Source of the DNA: Eledone cirrhosa
Taxonomy: Eukaryota
Reading direction: 5' to 3'
Length of the DNA stretch: 64,000 nucleotides
Assembly (NCBI GenBank): GCA_964016885.1
Contig: OZ024743.1
Location: 42,656,001 to 42,720,000 of the forward strand
Each line of letters begins with the position of its first letter. Position 1 is the first letter of the stretch. The position numbers and the translations under genes were made by a program. Shown one piece after another: positions 42,334 through 55,511 of the stretch. The notes beneath the pieces are model-generated. The model was not told the DNA's origin. It saw only the letters and a list, made by a program, of their open reading frames with translations, and did not search any database.

Positions 42334-45300
42334 TCATCATCATCATCATCATTTTATGTCCGCTCTTTCCTGCTTGCAAGGGTGGGACGGGTCTTATTCA
42401 GCACAGCATCTCTCCACTTGTCACGGTCCTGCGTCATCTCCACCGTGAGCTTCAGCCATCTGAGCTCTGTTCTCACCACCTCCGCCCATGTTTTTCGTGG
42501 TCTACCTCTACCACGTCTTCCTTCAACTGGCATTTCCTGGCACTTCTTCACCCATCTGTCATCCTCCATGCGCATCACATGTCCATACCACCTCAGGCTC
42601 CTCTCTCGCACACTACATTCTATCCCTCTCAGAAACAGTTTCTCTCTCAACACATTCATGCTGGGTCGTTTACGCACATTGACACTGCACATCCACCGGA
42701 GCATGCTTGCCTCATTTCTCTCCAGTCGCCGTATATCCTCTTCAGTTCCTGCCCATGTCTCACTACCATGCAGCATCGCGCTCCTCACACAGGCATCATA
42801 TAACCGGCCTTTCGTATGCAGGGAGAAACCCTTCTTCGTCAGCAGAGGAAGCAGCTCCCTAAACTTCTTCCAACCCGTCCTTATTCTAGATAGTATGGCC
42901 TCGGAACACCTCTATCACATGCAAATCTTATCTCCTAGGTATCGGAAGCTATCCACAACTTTTATAGCTCCCGCCTGCATTTGAAAAATGTGTCTATTAA
43001 TGCGACTTCTACTGTCTAATTTCCCTGTACATCTACTGCATACGTATTTATCCCTACCTGTTAGTTTGCCTGCTATCCCGCTACATCTCTTGTGTACCCA
43101 GGATCTGCATTGTGCGCATTTTATAGAATTTATGCCAGTTTCTTTTCTGCATATCGAACATGGCCATTTCCCTGACGGAATCAGAGTCGTATCCTCTTTT
43201 CTACTCATCAACACCTTTGTCTTAGCTAGGTTCACTCTCAGTCCTCTTGTTTCTAACTGCTGTTTCCATAGCCAGAATTTATTCTGTAGCTCTTCTACTG
43301 ATTCTGCTATAAGAACAAGATCGTCAGCATAGAGAAGTTCCCATGAACAGCCAATCTTAAACTCCTCTGTTATGGCTTGGAGGACTATAATGAACAAGAG
43401 CGGGCTGAGGATCGAACCTTAATGTACTCCTACTTGTATCTAGAATTCCTCAATAAACTCCATTTCTACCCTAACTTTACTAACAGTGCCTCTGTACAAA
43501 GTTTGCACTGTCCTCACAAGCCATTCTTCAACACCTAGTTTCCTTAGGAACCACCAGATGACAGATCGGGGTACCTTATCAAAGGCCTTCTCTAGGTCAA
43601 CAAAGGCTAGGTATAGTGGCTTATTTTTCTCTAAGAACCTCTCTTGTAATTGTCTCACCAACCAAGAAGAGGACATCTGTTGTACTCTTCCAAGGCAGAA
43701 AACCAAACTGCATCTCATCTAGTTTGACCCTTTCTCTAATTAGTTGTGCTAATATCCTTTCTGCCACTTTCATAACCTGGTCCATCAGTTTTATACCCCT
43801 ATAATTGCTCCTCTCCAGAGCATCCCCTTTACTTTTGTAGCCATTTATGAGAATACTGCTGCACCAGTCTTTGGGTATGACACCACCATATATAGCCTGA
43901 TTGATGATGCGTGCAACCAGTTTAGTACCTACGTCTCCTGATGCTTTCAGCATCTCAGCATCTATCCCCGATTGTCCAGCATCCTTACAATATTTCATTT
44001 CCTTAATCGCCTCTTGGACCCTATATTCGTCAATCTCAATAGCTGGTCCCTCTGTCGGATCTACTGAGGATAATTTCCATCTCTCCCATTCGTTCTCCAC
44101 ATTCATCAATCTCTCATAATGACATTTCCAGGCCTCCTTTTTCTGATCATTCGTGACACTAAGTATACCGGCACACTCCGGACATATTTATCTCCAACAA
44201 CATCCTGATTTGCATTGACACACTGCCTTGCAATGTGGAACACCGCACGCCTGTGATCTTTCCGTCGCAGAACATTGGCAAACCTCCTACTCTCAGCCTA
44301 CCTGCGTGCTAAGTACACCTGACGTCTAGCTTCTCTCTTAGTATATCCTTCCCTACTCACACCTTTTTCCCAAGCCTTCCATGCTAGTCTTTTGTCTCTA
44401 ATGGCCTTATCTACTGTGCTGTTCCACCACCAGATCACTCTCTGTCTGGTTGGAGCTCTGCTCCAGCCACAAGTTTCATCAGTAGCCTGCAGTAAGTTGT
44501 CACGTAAGAAATTCCAGTTATTATCTATGTCATACGTCTCTAAATTGTCTCCTTTTTCGTCATACACATCTTGAAGGGATTTCCTAAATTTGTATTTTAG
44601 TGAAACGTCTTTTAGCTTCCAGACCTTTCTTCTCCCCACCATCCTGTATGTCTCATTCCATCTCTTGCTTACTGAGATATCAGTAACGACTAACCGATGC
44701 TGTGGGGTACATTCTTCCTTGGTATTAGACACTATCTGCCTGTCCCGCTGCCTAACTAGTAATAAGTCAATCTGGCTGATGTGCTCGCCAGATTTATAGG
44801 TTATTAGGTGGTTGGCAGGTTTCTGGAAGTTAATGTTGCAAATAGTCAGTGTACTTGCATCACAAAATTCAAGAAGTCTCACTCCTTCATTTCTTGAGCC
44901 GTAACCGTGCCCACCATGTACCCCAGTGTAACAATCCCAGAGCTGTCCAACATGACCATTGAAGTCTCCTGCTAGCATTACGATGTTTGAAGTCCCCTGC
45001 TAGCATAACGATGTTGTTTGTAAAAGTTGCTCGTAAAAGCAGTCTTTCTCTTCTTTGCCTAGGCCTGCTTGGGGAGCATAGGCAGAGATGATTGTCAGTA
45101 GTCTCCTGCATACAACTAATATAAGCTTAATTATTCGATTACAAACTCGAACTACCTCTATTCTCTTATTGATCCATCTCTCAGCCAGGAAAATGCCTAC
45201 TCCCCCTAACCCATCATCCTTACCTACCCAGAAAAGCTTATAGCTAAGATGTTTGCCTACGACTAGTCTCGCAGAGGCACCTGTCCATCTCACCTCTTGC

Positions 45301-45600
45301 ACGCAGCACACATCCACATGCCTTCTCTCCAGCATCTCCGCTATTTCAGCAGATCTACCTTTGAGAGCGCCAACATTAAGTGTTGCAAATCTGAGATGCG
45401 AGGTCTTCATATTTTGTTCCTATTTATTTGTTGCTGTGCTGATAAACGTTTTGGCATTGATACACTGGTTGGATGCCCTTCCTAACACCAGCGCCATTTT
45501 ACAGCATGGACTGGGTGCTATTATTTGTGCCACCAGCACTAGAGAGGATGTCTTACTAGACTCAAGGGCCCTCTCTACCCCTCCATTTTACAGCATGGTC
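42334..45600 (-). mobile_element. RTE-clade LINE, near full-length, degenerate
   Basis: APE (ATLNVG, VCCVQE, ISAYAPQ, AGDFNGHVG, IDLLL), RT (NYRGIKL, AFVDLEKAFDKV, LLYADD, FRYLG), RTE C-terminus (GSETW, LRWYGHVMR, GRPRKTW); (ATG)n tail at 42334-42352. Confidence 0.93.
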
Positions 45601-45639
45601 ATTAAAAAAAAAAGAAATTCCCCTGCTAGCATAACGATA

Positions 45640-46766
45640 TCTATATATATAAAACTGAGGTTGTCTCTTGTCTGTCTGTCTACTAAAACCGTCGGCACAC
45701 ATCTCCTCTTAATCCGTACGTTCAAATATCGGTGAAATTGCTACACTTATAGATGAAGGTCCGGCGGACACATCAGTCAAACATTTTTCAAATCGACCCA
45801 CGCCAAGTGCAAAATCGAATTTGTAATGTATTGATTTTTCAGTTCAAATGTATAAATGGATATGAGAGATGAGTTATTTCCCTTTTATGGCGTCATTTGC
45901 TTATCTATTTACGTTACGTATAAACGACGCGGTGGACCGAGAAGAACAATTTAATGCGAAGACGAGACCAAGTTTATGGTGTAAATGGAGTAGTTAGACT
46001 AATATTCTATTTAAAATAACCGAATGATTTCCATCCCGGAGTTTAAGAATGATGTAAATAAAATTGTAAACGAAAATGACAGGTTATTAAAATAGTTGTT
46101 TATACTTTTGGCACAAGGCCAGCAATAATCCAGTACATTACTGGTACTTTATTCTATTGACCCCGTAAGGATGAAAGGCAAAGTTAACCTCGACGGGATT
46201 TTAAATTTGCCTTAACATAGTAAAAGTAAATAGTGAAGATTTAGGCTAGTACATACGTATGCGCCGACGAACATACACATACATATACATACCCACACAC
46301 AAATACATACATACACACACACACACGCGCGCGCGTGTGTGTGTAAACCTTATGCATTTCTACAGTATTTTCACGAAACTTAAGACATAGGTTACTTATG
46401 TACTCTGGATGGTTATGGGCACTTTCATTTTTCCAGATATTGAATATAGGGCCTCCCGGCAGATAACCCCCTTTAACCACTTCCTTGGAGTCGACTGCAG
46501 TGCAATGCAACAAAACGTCATAACTTCTGGAGTTCGCAACCGATGTTCACAAAACTTGACACATGGTCTACGTTTGTTCTACAGATGAATTTGAACTCTC
46601 AGAATTGGCACATATTGAATAGGGGACCTCTGGGGGCAATAATCCCCTTTTGGAAAAAGTCGATGATTTTGTAAAAGTATAGTTTTCGAAGCAGCACTGA
46701 AGTATTGACATACATGGTGTACATAACTGCTATTTAATACCCGAGCAACGCCGGGTACCTCTCCTA

Positions 46767-46767
<1 letters not shown>
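45640..46767 (+). mobile_element. Non-autonomous Helitron-like element (contains a partial SINE B at ~46095-46205)
   Basis: 5' a|TCtatatatataaaa; subterminal hairpin tacccg-agcaacgc-cgggta at 46738-46758; 3' CTAG|t. Confidence 0.72.
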
Positions 46768-46821
<54 letters not shown>

Positions 46822-46839
46822 TGTGTGTGTGTTTGTTAC

Positions 46840-47072
46840 AGCTCACACCTTTGCAGGTTTAGCTGGCCTCCTCCAAGGTATATCTCGTTGGAGGTGTCTT
46901 TGGTAATTTAATGATAGGGACCCTAGTCCTATTATTTCAGCTCAGTAAACTGGAGCAACGTGAAATAAAGTGTCTTGCTCAAGGAAACAACACATCAGCC
47001 AATCCGAGGATTGAACTCACAACCTTTCGATTGCAAACCCAATACTCTAACCACTAAGCTATGCGCCTTCAT
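46840..47072 (-). mobile_element. tRNA-derived SINE (family A)
   Basis: 46951-47072 is the reverse complement of the 15167 head (ggagcaacgtgaaataaagtgtcttgctcaagga..ctaaccactaagctatgcgccttc); left boundary approximate. Confidence 0.78.
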
Positions 47073-47979
47073 ATATATATAAATTGATTGACTGAAAATG
47101 TTTTTTCCTGAATCAATACATAAGTTTTCGAGAGATAACGTAGATGCAGAATTTTGTAAAATACTGTAGAAGAAACAATAAAATTGTTACTTCGCTTTTG
47201 TCATAAAATATAGGAATGAAATATATGACCAAATAATTAACGTAAATCAATTTCCTTGTCTTTGAATAAAAGTCAAAATGAAGAAAATAGGAATACAACA
47301 GTATTTGCATTATTGAATGAAGTAAAATGCCTTCTGTGAACATTGATAAAAAAACATGTAATGGAAATAATAGTGGAGCACCCATATTTGCGAATCGGAC
47401 ATTAACGAAGGACTCTATTCATAATATAAAGATAGTTTTTAAGTATTATTTATTGCTTTTATTGACGATCAAGTCGCCACTACAGCATAACCACAGCCTA
47501 ATGAGTCACGCACAATAAAATATTGAGTAGCAAAATTCTTTATACGTAAGTTTTCGTGAGCCTTTGTGATTTGATATGCCAGAAATGAGATGTCCTTAAT
47601 ATTTTATAGAATTTTTTTTAAAATTACTATATTCTTAACAAGTACCGATAGGCAAAATTGTGATATAGTTCAATGTGTTATTTGAGATGGAGCGGGTGCG
47701 TGTACAGCAATTTCGTTTTTCATTTCATGCGAAATTGTATTGGGAAAATGTTTAGAAATCTAATTTGAATGGAAGAATAGTCCAAAAGTTCTAATATATT
47801 AGGAGAATTTTATGGGGCGGGTCTTAGGGAGGAAATAAAAGGCATGGTAGTGTGGTTAAGAATTATGTTGCACCACCAACTGCAAATTTACCCCCTCCCT
47901 ATAATTTCGGTTTGTAAATAAAATCCGGTCGTGGAATGCTCTGTGAAAGACAGGCATGTATACACACACACACATTTAT

Positions 47980-48042
<63 letters not shown>

Positions 48043-48047
<5 letters not shown>

Positions 48048-49165
48048 CATTATAAAGAAAGAAGAAACATTAGATATAAATAAAAAGGTATAATATACCT
48101 AAATTCCTTCATAATCCTCGACTACGTAGATTCGTGGCTATTATGCAAAAACATTACATCATAGAGATGCAGTATTTTTGTGAGGTTTGCCGACTTATCA
48201 AGAGGATACCTTCCTTAGAGTTTCAAAACACGTCCGTAGGACGCGAGATAGAATCCCGAAAAGGCGGAGGGGGAACTTATCACGTGATACAGCGGTCAAG
48301 AAACAGAGCTAAGCCTCTTACAACCAAGAGAAAAATACCACAAAAGGCGGAGGGGGTATTTATGTCGAGGCCGTAGAAGAGTTGGATAGGAGGGCGAGAA
48401 GTGTGATTAGTGTAAGCTTAACAGCAGTCACTATACCTCAGTGGTTAATCTACCGTAGGGAGTTATAAACAATACAAAGAAATACACAGACACATTCGAA
48501 TACATACATATACATGCATTTACTCACATATATCCCTGAATTTGTGTGGTGCCAACCTTAAACGTTGTTGCTCTATGAATAATAGGAACAAAATAATCTG
48601 GATGGATTAGATTGATTCAATATCAGAGCCATATAATACATTATAAAGAAAGAAGAAACATTAGATATAAATAAAAAGATATAATATAGCTAAATTCTTT
48701 CATTATCCTCGACTACGTGGTTTCGTGGCTATTATGCAAAACATTACATCATAGAGATGCAGTATTTTTGTGAGGTTTGCCGACTTGACCGCTGTATCAC
48801 GTGATAAGTTACCCCTCCGCCTTTCGGGATTCTATCTCGCGTCCTACAGACGTGTTTTGAAACTCTAAATGAGGTATCTTCTTGATAAGTCGGCAAACCT
48901 CACAAAAATACTGCATCTCTATGATCTAATGTGTTTGCATAATAGCCACGAAACTACGTAGTCGAGGATAATGAAGGAATTTAGGTATATTATATCGTTT
49001 TATTTATATCTAATGTTTCTTCTTTCTTTATAATGTATTATATAGCGCTGATATTGAATCAATTTAATCCATCCAGATTATTTTGTCCCTATTATTCATA
49101 GAGCAACATTGGTTAAGGTTGGCACCACACAAATTCAGGGATATATGTGGGTATATGCATGTATA
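48043..49165. mobile_element. Non-coding ~590-bp hammerhead-bearing unit: monomer, partial direct repeat (48634-48786) and inverted copy (48783-49165)
   Basis: aatacattataaagaaagaag at ~48043 and ~48634; 48783-49165 is the reverse complement of 48043-48300 joined to 48520-48640; (TA)n on both sides. Confidence 0.85.
48875..48970 (+). ncRNA. Type I hammerhead ribozyme motif with UUGAUAA core; inverted copies at 48114-48208 and (truncated) ~48704-48786
   Basis: tatcttc-TTGATAA-gtcggc...gccac-GAAA-ctacgtag-TC-gaggata; 7-bp stem I, palindromic stem III ACTACGTAGT. Confidence 0.82.
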
Positions 49166-49173
49166 TGTATATA

Positions 49174-49267
<94 letters not shown>

Positions 49268-49473
49268 GTTTAAGTTTCGAGGGAGAGAAAAAAGGAAAGA
49301 TAAGCGATACATATATTTAGTTGCCAATAGTCTGTGCAAATGTGCTCAATACTTGTGCCTCCAGGCTTAAATATTAGAAGCGTTAATATTTAGTGGGCGA
49401 GCAAATAAGCAGAGCGGTTGCAAAAGAAATGAATACAAATGAGTAAATACCGTTAAAATATGTTTATATAACA

Positions 49474-49518
49474 ATGCACCTACGTACGTTTCGCCCAGAA
49501 CGGGCTCCTCGGGGGCAT
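49474..49518 (-). ncRNA. Minimal hammerhead motif, CCGAGGA core
   Basis: Minus strand: atgccc-CCGAGGA-gccc gttct gggc-GAAA-cgtacg-TA-ggtgcat. Confidence 0.7.
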
Positions 49519-52500
49519 AGAAAACAAAAAAACATGACCAGTACGCGACCCTGAGGGGTTTTAAGGTTAAATTCACATCAGCGTTCATTCTTCGCTTGAG
49601 TACATGTGTTGTTATTGTCGCAGAGCAGGCGGAGCAACTCTGGCCGGTGCTTGGATAATCTTGTCCCCCCTGGCTTTTTTACCCGATCACATTATGGTGC
49701 TACCTCTTGAAATTGTTGGGTGCAGCCCCCTATCGACAATAGCCCAGCGTGTAAAGAAGCGGATTCTGGAGTCTTTTAATGTAGTGACGTAATTGGCAAG
49801 TAACGTGGAGTGCCTTAGTTTTTTGCTCCTAAAAGAGTGGAGATGCGTTCTAAATCTCGTTTTGGACTGGCCAAACATGGCCCCTATATAGTGTTTAACT
49901 CCATTATTGCTAGTTATGGTGCACCTATAAATAACCCTATCAGTCAGACAGTTTGCCTTGAGAGGGCAGCCTCCCCTCTCACGACAGTTACATTTTCTGT
50001 CACGGTCGCTCCTAGTTGTAAGTAAAGCTATAACTATTGCTACATATGTTGTTATCTATGTCTCTAGCTCGGTCTTTGGTACTGTTATACCTCAAAGCGT
50101 GCGTGGTAGTACTATTATCCCTCCGCACGCCGCAGCCCGTTCCATTGCCGGTTGGTGACCTGTGTGGGTCGCCAGCATATTCACCAGTCTCGACTTGGTT
50201 ATGTTGGTTTCGTCTACCGGGGCTGCCACCAACACTATTGGGTGCTGTTAGGGAGACGTTAGATGTATCCGTGCTAAGGTGCCGTGTTTTGAGCACATTT
50301 GCACAAACTAAATATATGTATCGCTTATGGCAACTAAATATATGTATCGCTTATCTTTCCTTAATTCTCTCTCTCGATACTTAAACATTCTATTAATGTG
50401 CTCCTTATAGTAGAGCACTATACTTTATCTGCCATGATGATGGAGAATCAACCGTTACCCATGTCTCTCAAATGTATCCCCTTACCTAGCAGAAAAAAAC
50501 ATACCTCAAGCAATTTATAGACGCTACTAACTCGTTTATACGGAGAGTAATATGGAAGGCCTACCACCTTGATAAGGACACCAGTAACCTTCCAGAAACG
50601 AAAGAGAGATATGGATTTAGAACATACCGAAACCCACCGCATTGCTGGACCGCTTTGAGGAGGACTTGTTAAAAATGACCAGAAACATCAAGTTTAAGAG
50701 TAAACGCCAATGCAGTAATCCATTCCTAACATCCCTGGACGCACTCATTACCAAGATCAAGAATGACCCACACCTCTTTGTTACCTCTGACAAAACCAAG
50801 AAGCTGTATAAGATGGACGTGAGCAAGTACAAACAATTCATTTATAAAGAACTGCACACAAATTATATGGACCTCAACCGCCAGACAGTCAACTTCCTGG
50901 ACGTAACCCTGGAGTTGAGCACGGGCCTATACAAGCCATTCCATAAGCCCGGCGAGATTCTGTCTCATATAAACTATGCATCTAACCACCCTAAGTCTTC
51001 TCTCAACTCCAAAGTATATAGCATATCCCATAGGATCTCGAGGCTCTCCGCCAATGAGGATATCTTCAACCAAGCGGTAGAATACTACAATAAGGCCTTA
51101 CTAAATGCCGGATTTAACCGGAGAATCTCCTACATCCTTAACGCTAGCTCTAAAATACCAACCCCAACATAGGACTAATGTTATAGTAAGCCATACCTAT
51201 AACGGAGTACGTTGCGGCCGCGGCAGAGTCAAGAAAAATAGTATAGAGAACCACACTAAGGAACTTGGCCGCACCGTTAATTGCATGAGTGGCGATCAAG
51301 ATAAACTACAGCACAGTATTGGTCACCAGATTAGTAACGCCACCCGCTGCAGCCTACTAGAATTATTCCCTAACTATAAGTTTAGCAACGGCGGGGGCCT
51401 TTTACCAACGCCCTACAACCGGCGTCTAGCCACACATAGAAATAGCGGAAGGAAGGCGCGACCACCGGAACATAAAGCGAAGGGGACGCATAACTGGCTA
51501 CCGCACCGTAACAACCAATTAGGAAGCACAACCTGTAACAAACCCACGGTAAAGCGGAAACGCCACCGTAATGTCCTTTGGTTTCACCCCCTACTCTCGG
51601 AGTGTGGCCTCCGACCTACCAAGGATATTCTTCGAAGCCTTAGAGAGGAATTTCCCTCCTAATCCTAAATACAGGAAAATACTTAATAGGAACAATATCA
51701 AAATATACTTCTCTACCACCCCCAATCTAGCAGACATCATAGGATCAACTAACCACAGTAAGATCACCAAAACACGGCACCTTAGCACAGATACATCTAT
51801 ACCCGACAACAACACTATCAGCCTTAACGTCTCCCTAACACCACCCAATAGTGTTGGTGCAAGCTCCGGCAGACGAAACCGACATAACCAAGGCGAGACT
51901 GGTGAATATGCTGGCGACCCGCACAGGTCACCCACCGACAACGGAACAGGCTGCGGCGTGCGGAGGGATAATGGTACTACCTCGCACGCCTTGAGATATA
52001 ACAGTACCAATGACCGAGATAGAGACATAGATAACAACATAGGTAGCAATAGTAATAGCTTTACTTCAGGAACTAGGAGCGACCGTGACAGAAAATGTAA
52101 CAGTCGTGATAGGGGAGGCTGCCCTCTCTGGGGAAACTGCCTGACTGATAGGGTTATTTATAGGTGCACCATAACTAGCCATAATGGAGTTAAACACTAT
52201 ATAGGGGCCACCTCTGGCCAGTTCAAAACGAGATTTAGAACGCATCTCCACTCTTTCAGGAACAAAAAAACTAAGGCACTCCACGTCACTTTCCAATTAC
52301 GTCACTACATTAAAAGGCGCCAACATCAGCTTCTCCACACGCTGGGATATTGTCGGTAGGGCTGCACCTTACAATTTCAAGAGGAAGTGCAAGCTTTGCC
52401 TCATGGAGGTTTACTTCATCATAAGAACACCCCACGAGCTCATAAACAACAGAGCTGAATCAGTCATAAAATGTAAGCACCGAATGCAAGCGTCTTACTT

Positions 52501-52850
52501 CGGGTGGGAAGCAACTGTGGCTTGAAAACTATAAGCTGTATCCCCCTGCCCACACCATAACACTCCGGTAGGCAGGCGGCGTAAACAAACATCTGTGAAC
52601 TAAATATGCATCCCAGACCCGGCTCGAACCGGCATTAATGAAGCAGCGCCCACAAAATAATAACGCAAAACAACACAATGTGAACGGGTAAAAAAGCCAG
52701 GGGGACAAGATTATCCAAGCACCGGCCAGAGTTGCTCCCCCTGCTCTGCGACAATAACAACACATGTACTCCAGCGAAGAATGGACGGTGATGTGAATTT
52801 AACCTTAACACACCTCCTGGGTTGCATACTGATCATTTTTTTTGTTTTCT

Positions 52851-52895
52851 ATGCCCTTGAGAAGCCCGTTCTGGGCGAAACGTACGTAGGTGCAT
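52851..52895 (+). ncRNA. Minimal hammerhead motif, UUGAGAA core
   Basis: atgccc-TTGAGAA-gccc gttct gggc-GAAA-cgtacg-TA-ggtgcat; palindromic stem III ACGTACGT. Confidence 0.78.
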
Positions 52896-53431
52896 TGTTA
52901 CATAAATATTTTTTTAACGGTATATATATATATATATATATATCAATAAAGTTAGTCCTTCATCAGTGATCTTCCAACCTTCATTGTTATTTTATCGCTT
53001 TAAAGATCATATACCTCAGGTTGGTGCGAGCAACGGCTAAAGAAAGTCGTTGGGACACGTAAATAAGGGGAACGAGCGAGACTGTAAACAATCAAAGATG
53101 GTAATGCAACGAAAAGTGAGGAAGAAGGAGTCAAGTCCCAGAATTCTATGAATTTAAGTTCTGTGAAATCATGGACAAGAGAGAATAAAGACCCTCAAAC
53201 CTAGTCGAAATGTGAGCAAGGAAAGAATTCCGCACAGGTCAAACGGGAGGAAGAAGGAATCTAGTCCCTGAATTCGGTGAACATAAGTTCTGTGAAATCG
53301 TAGACAAGAGAGAAAAAAAAAGGAACAACCAACCTGGTCAAGTGTGTGCGGGAAAAGAATTACGCACATATATAAAATAATTAACTCAAATATGTAAAAT
53401 TTGGCTTCGTTTATTATAAATTATAGATATA

Positions 53432-53484
53432 GTGCTATATATATTTCGGTGACAGCCATCATTGGCTGTGACCTCTTCAGGCCG
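53432..53484 (-). ncRNA. Hammerhead motif with canonical core and weak stem I
   Basis: Minus strand: ggc-CTGAAGA-ggtcacagcca atga tggctgtcacc-GAAA-tatata-TA-gc. Confidence 0.68.
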
Positions 53485-53700
53485 TCCGAATTGGTGTGGG
53501 AAAGACAGGTACACATGTTGTTGAAGTGTGTTTTACTCCGTCAATACATCGATATGTCCAGCTCCTGGTTGTGTTGTTATTTCTCTGAGGAACTGGAATC
53601 AGAGCTCAAGCCGTTGCGACGGCTATTTCTGGACGTCCAGAAATACCCGTTGAAACGAACAATGAAGTGGAGATGTTTTTATTTCGATTAATTTGCGCTT

Positions 53701-53766
<66 letters not shown>

Positions 53767-55511
53767 GGATTAACAAATAATAGTTAAATGCAGTCCACTT
53801 AGGTGAAGTCCAGTTATGGTATTCCAGGTAGTGGATGATATTAACGCTTGGCTTGGTTTGACTCAACAAGGCGTTTTCATAGTGATGCTGCGGGTATGCT
53901 GTAATTCCTATGTTGTAAACACTTGGAGTAATAATAAATCAGGAAAGAAGGTTTACATGGTTTGCTATACAAAAAAGTTTTTAATCACATAGCTTACATT
54001 TATTTCACTGAACTGGTATGTCTAGAGATCGCTATCCGCTTAATTTTGTGTTACTCGATCGCCAATACAGAATTATAACCAGTCAGATCTTCGGAGCATG
54101 CGAGAATGAAGAAAATACACAGGCAAGAAAAGAAAAGAAAATACAGGCTACTATATGGAGTAGTATGGCATTCAATTAGAACAATAACAACAATTACAAC
54201 AATGCTATCAATAAACTATTTAAGGAGACCCTGACATTACTTAGGTGGGGGGTATATAATGTATCTAATGTTACGGCGTGAAAACCAGCTGTCATAAGGC
54301 AAAAAGTATCGTAGTGTGTATCAATTTTAAATTATAAAGATAAGCTAGTTTTTACAGTCTTTCTCTTCATCTTCTACAGTATACATGAGTGGGACCACTG
54401 TCAAAGCTCAATAGTTGTAGAGTTAATACAGAGGTTAACGAATTAATATACGCATATATCTACGCACACACACACATATACACATACACACACACACACA
54501 TATATATATATATAAATATATATACACATATATACACATGCATGTGTACATAGACACACACATACACATCAATATACACTCGTACAAAAATATACATACA
54601 TGCAAAGAGAAAAGCGTGCTAATTGTAATTATGGCAAAAAGAAGGTAAAGTAACATTGTAATAGTGAAATGAGAAAAACTAGGATCTAGGATCAAATGAT
54701 TGCGGCAGCTGAGAAGGAGTAAGATTGTTGGTAGATGAGGTACTTACAAACAGTTGTGTGGTATAGACTTGTGAAGGATATAGTATACTTAATGAATATA
54801 TTTCTGTGGGTAGTAGGTATCCTAATTTAAAGCTATGTTATGTTGGTTCGATTCACGGAGGTTTGAATCTTATGAATTTAGTGGCTATTCTATGTCTGCA
54901 GAAGATAGATCTTTCTAACTTATTATTAAGTAGATTTTTAACATTTCTAAGGATATATAATAGCTCAAGATCACACAGCCCGCAATAGGACATCCCTGTA
55001 CTATAGGTTTTAGCAGCCGACAACTTCGACCAGTTGATAGTGTAGTTAGTGTTGCTGTCCTTCAATTCCCATATTTTTCTGGCGAGGGTGGTGGAACCCA
55101 TAAGTGCTCGGTTTTTCAATGAGTGCCTGTGCACATACCATCTTTTCTTAAAAGAACCCGCGGTGGATCCTATGTAATTCCAGGTGGAGTTACCCGAGAT
55201 GACAGTGCACATGTACACCAGGCTCGAATCGAGACATCTGTTCGCCAATGGGCACCTATCTGGGAGGTGACAGTTGTAGTTTGAGGCGCTATTTTGTGCA
55301 GCTTTTACATTCCTATTTAGTACCCTGTTATAAGTGGGTTGTGATATATGCCCAATGGGGTTTTGCTGCTGCGCGTTTGTATGCGCTTGTGGTTGTGATG
55401 TTGTGATGAGTTTGTGCTTATGTATAGGTGCAATTGATTTACTTGAGATATTTCTGTGGTTGATCTTGCGTATGTGTGATTCTATGTTAGCTGCTGTTGA
55501 GAAAGAGAGTT

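Larger units (their letters stand above)
49265..52925 (+). mobile_element. PLE with internal RT deletion and nested inverted duplications
   Basis: ORF 50642-51172 (SDKT..VNFLDVTL..SNHP), 51571-52359 (CNSR..CPLWGNC..VIY..HYIG); 49395-50290 is an inverted copy of 3' parts; 49265-49350 is inverted at 50290-50390. Confidence 0.9.

Noticed and set aside
45440-45560. HDV-like ribozyme in the RTE 5' UTR
   Set aside because: Known for some RTE elements, but I could not fold a nested double pseudoknot here
49395-52925. A-to-I editing imprint explaining the differences between the inverted arms
   Set aside because: Differences include several transversions and indels, not a directional A>G pattern
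52950-52985. CTGATGA half-core on the minus strand (also GAAAcgtacg near 18160)
   Set aside because: Only half of the core is present; no complete three-stem fold
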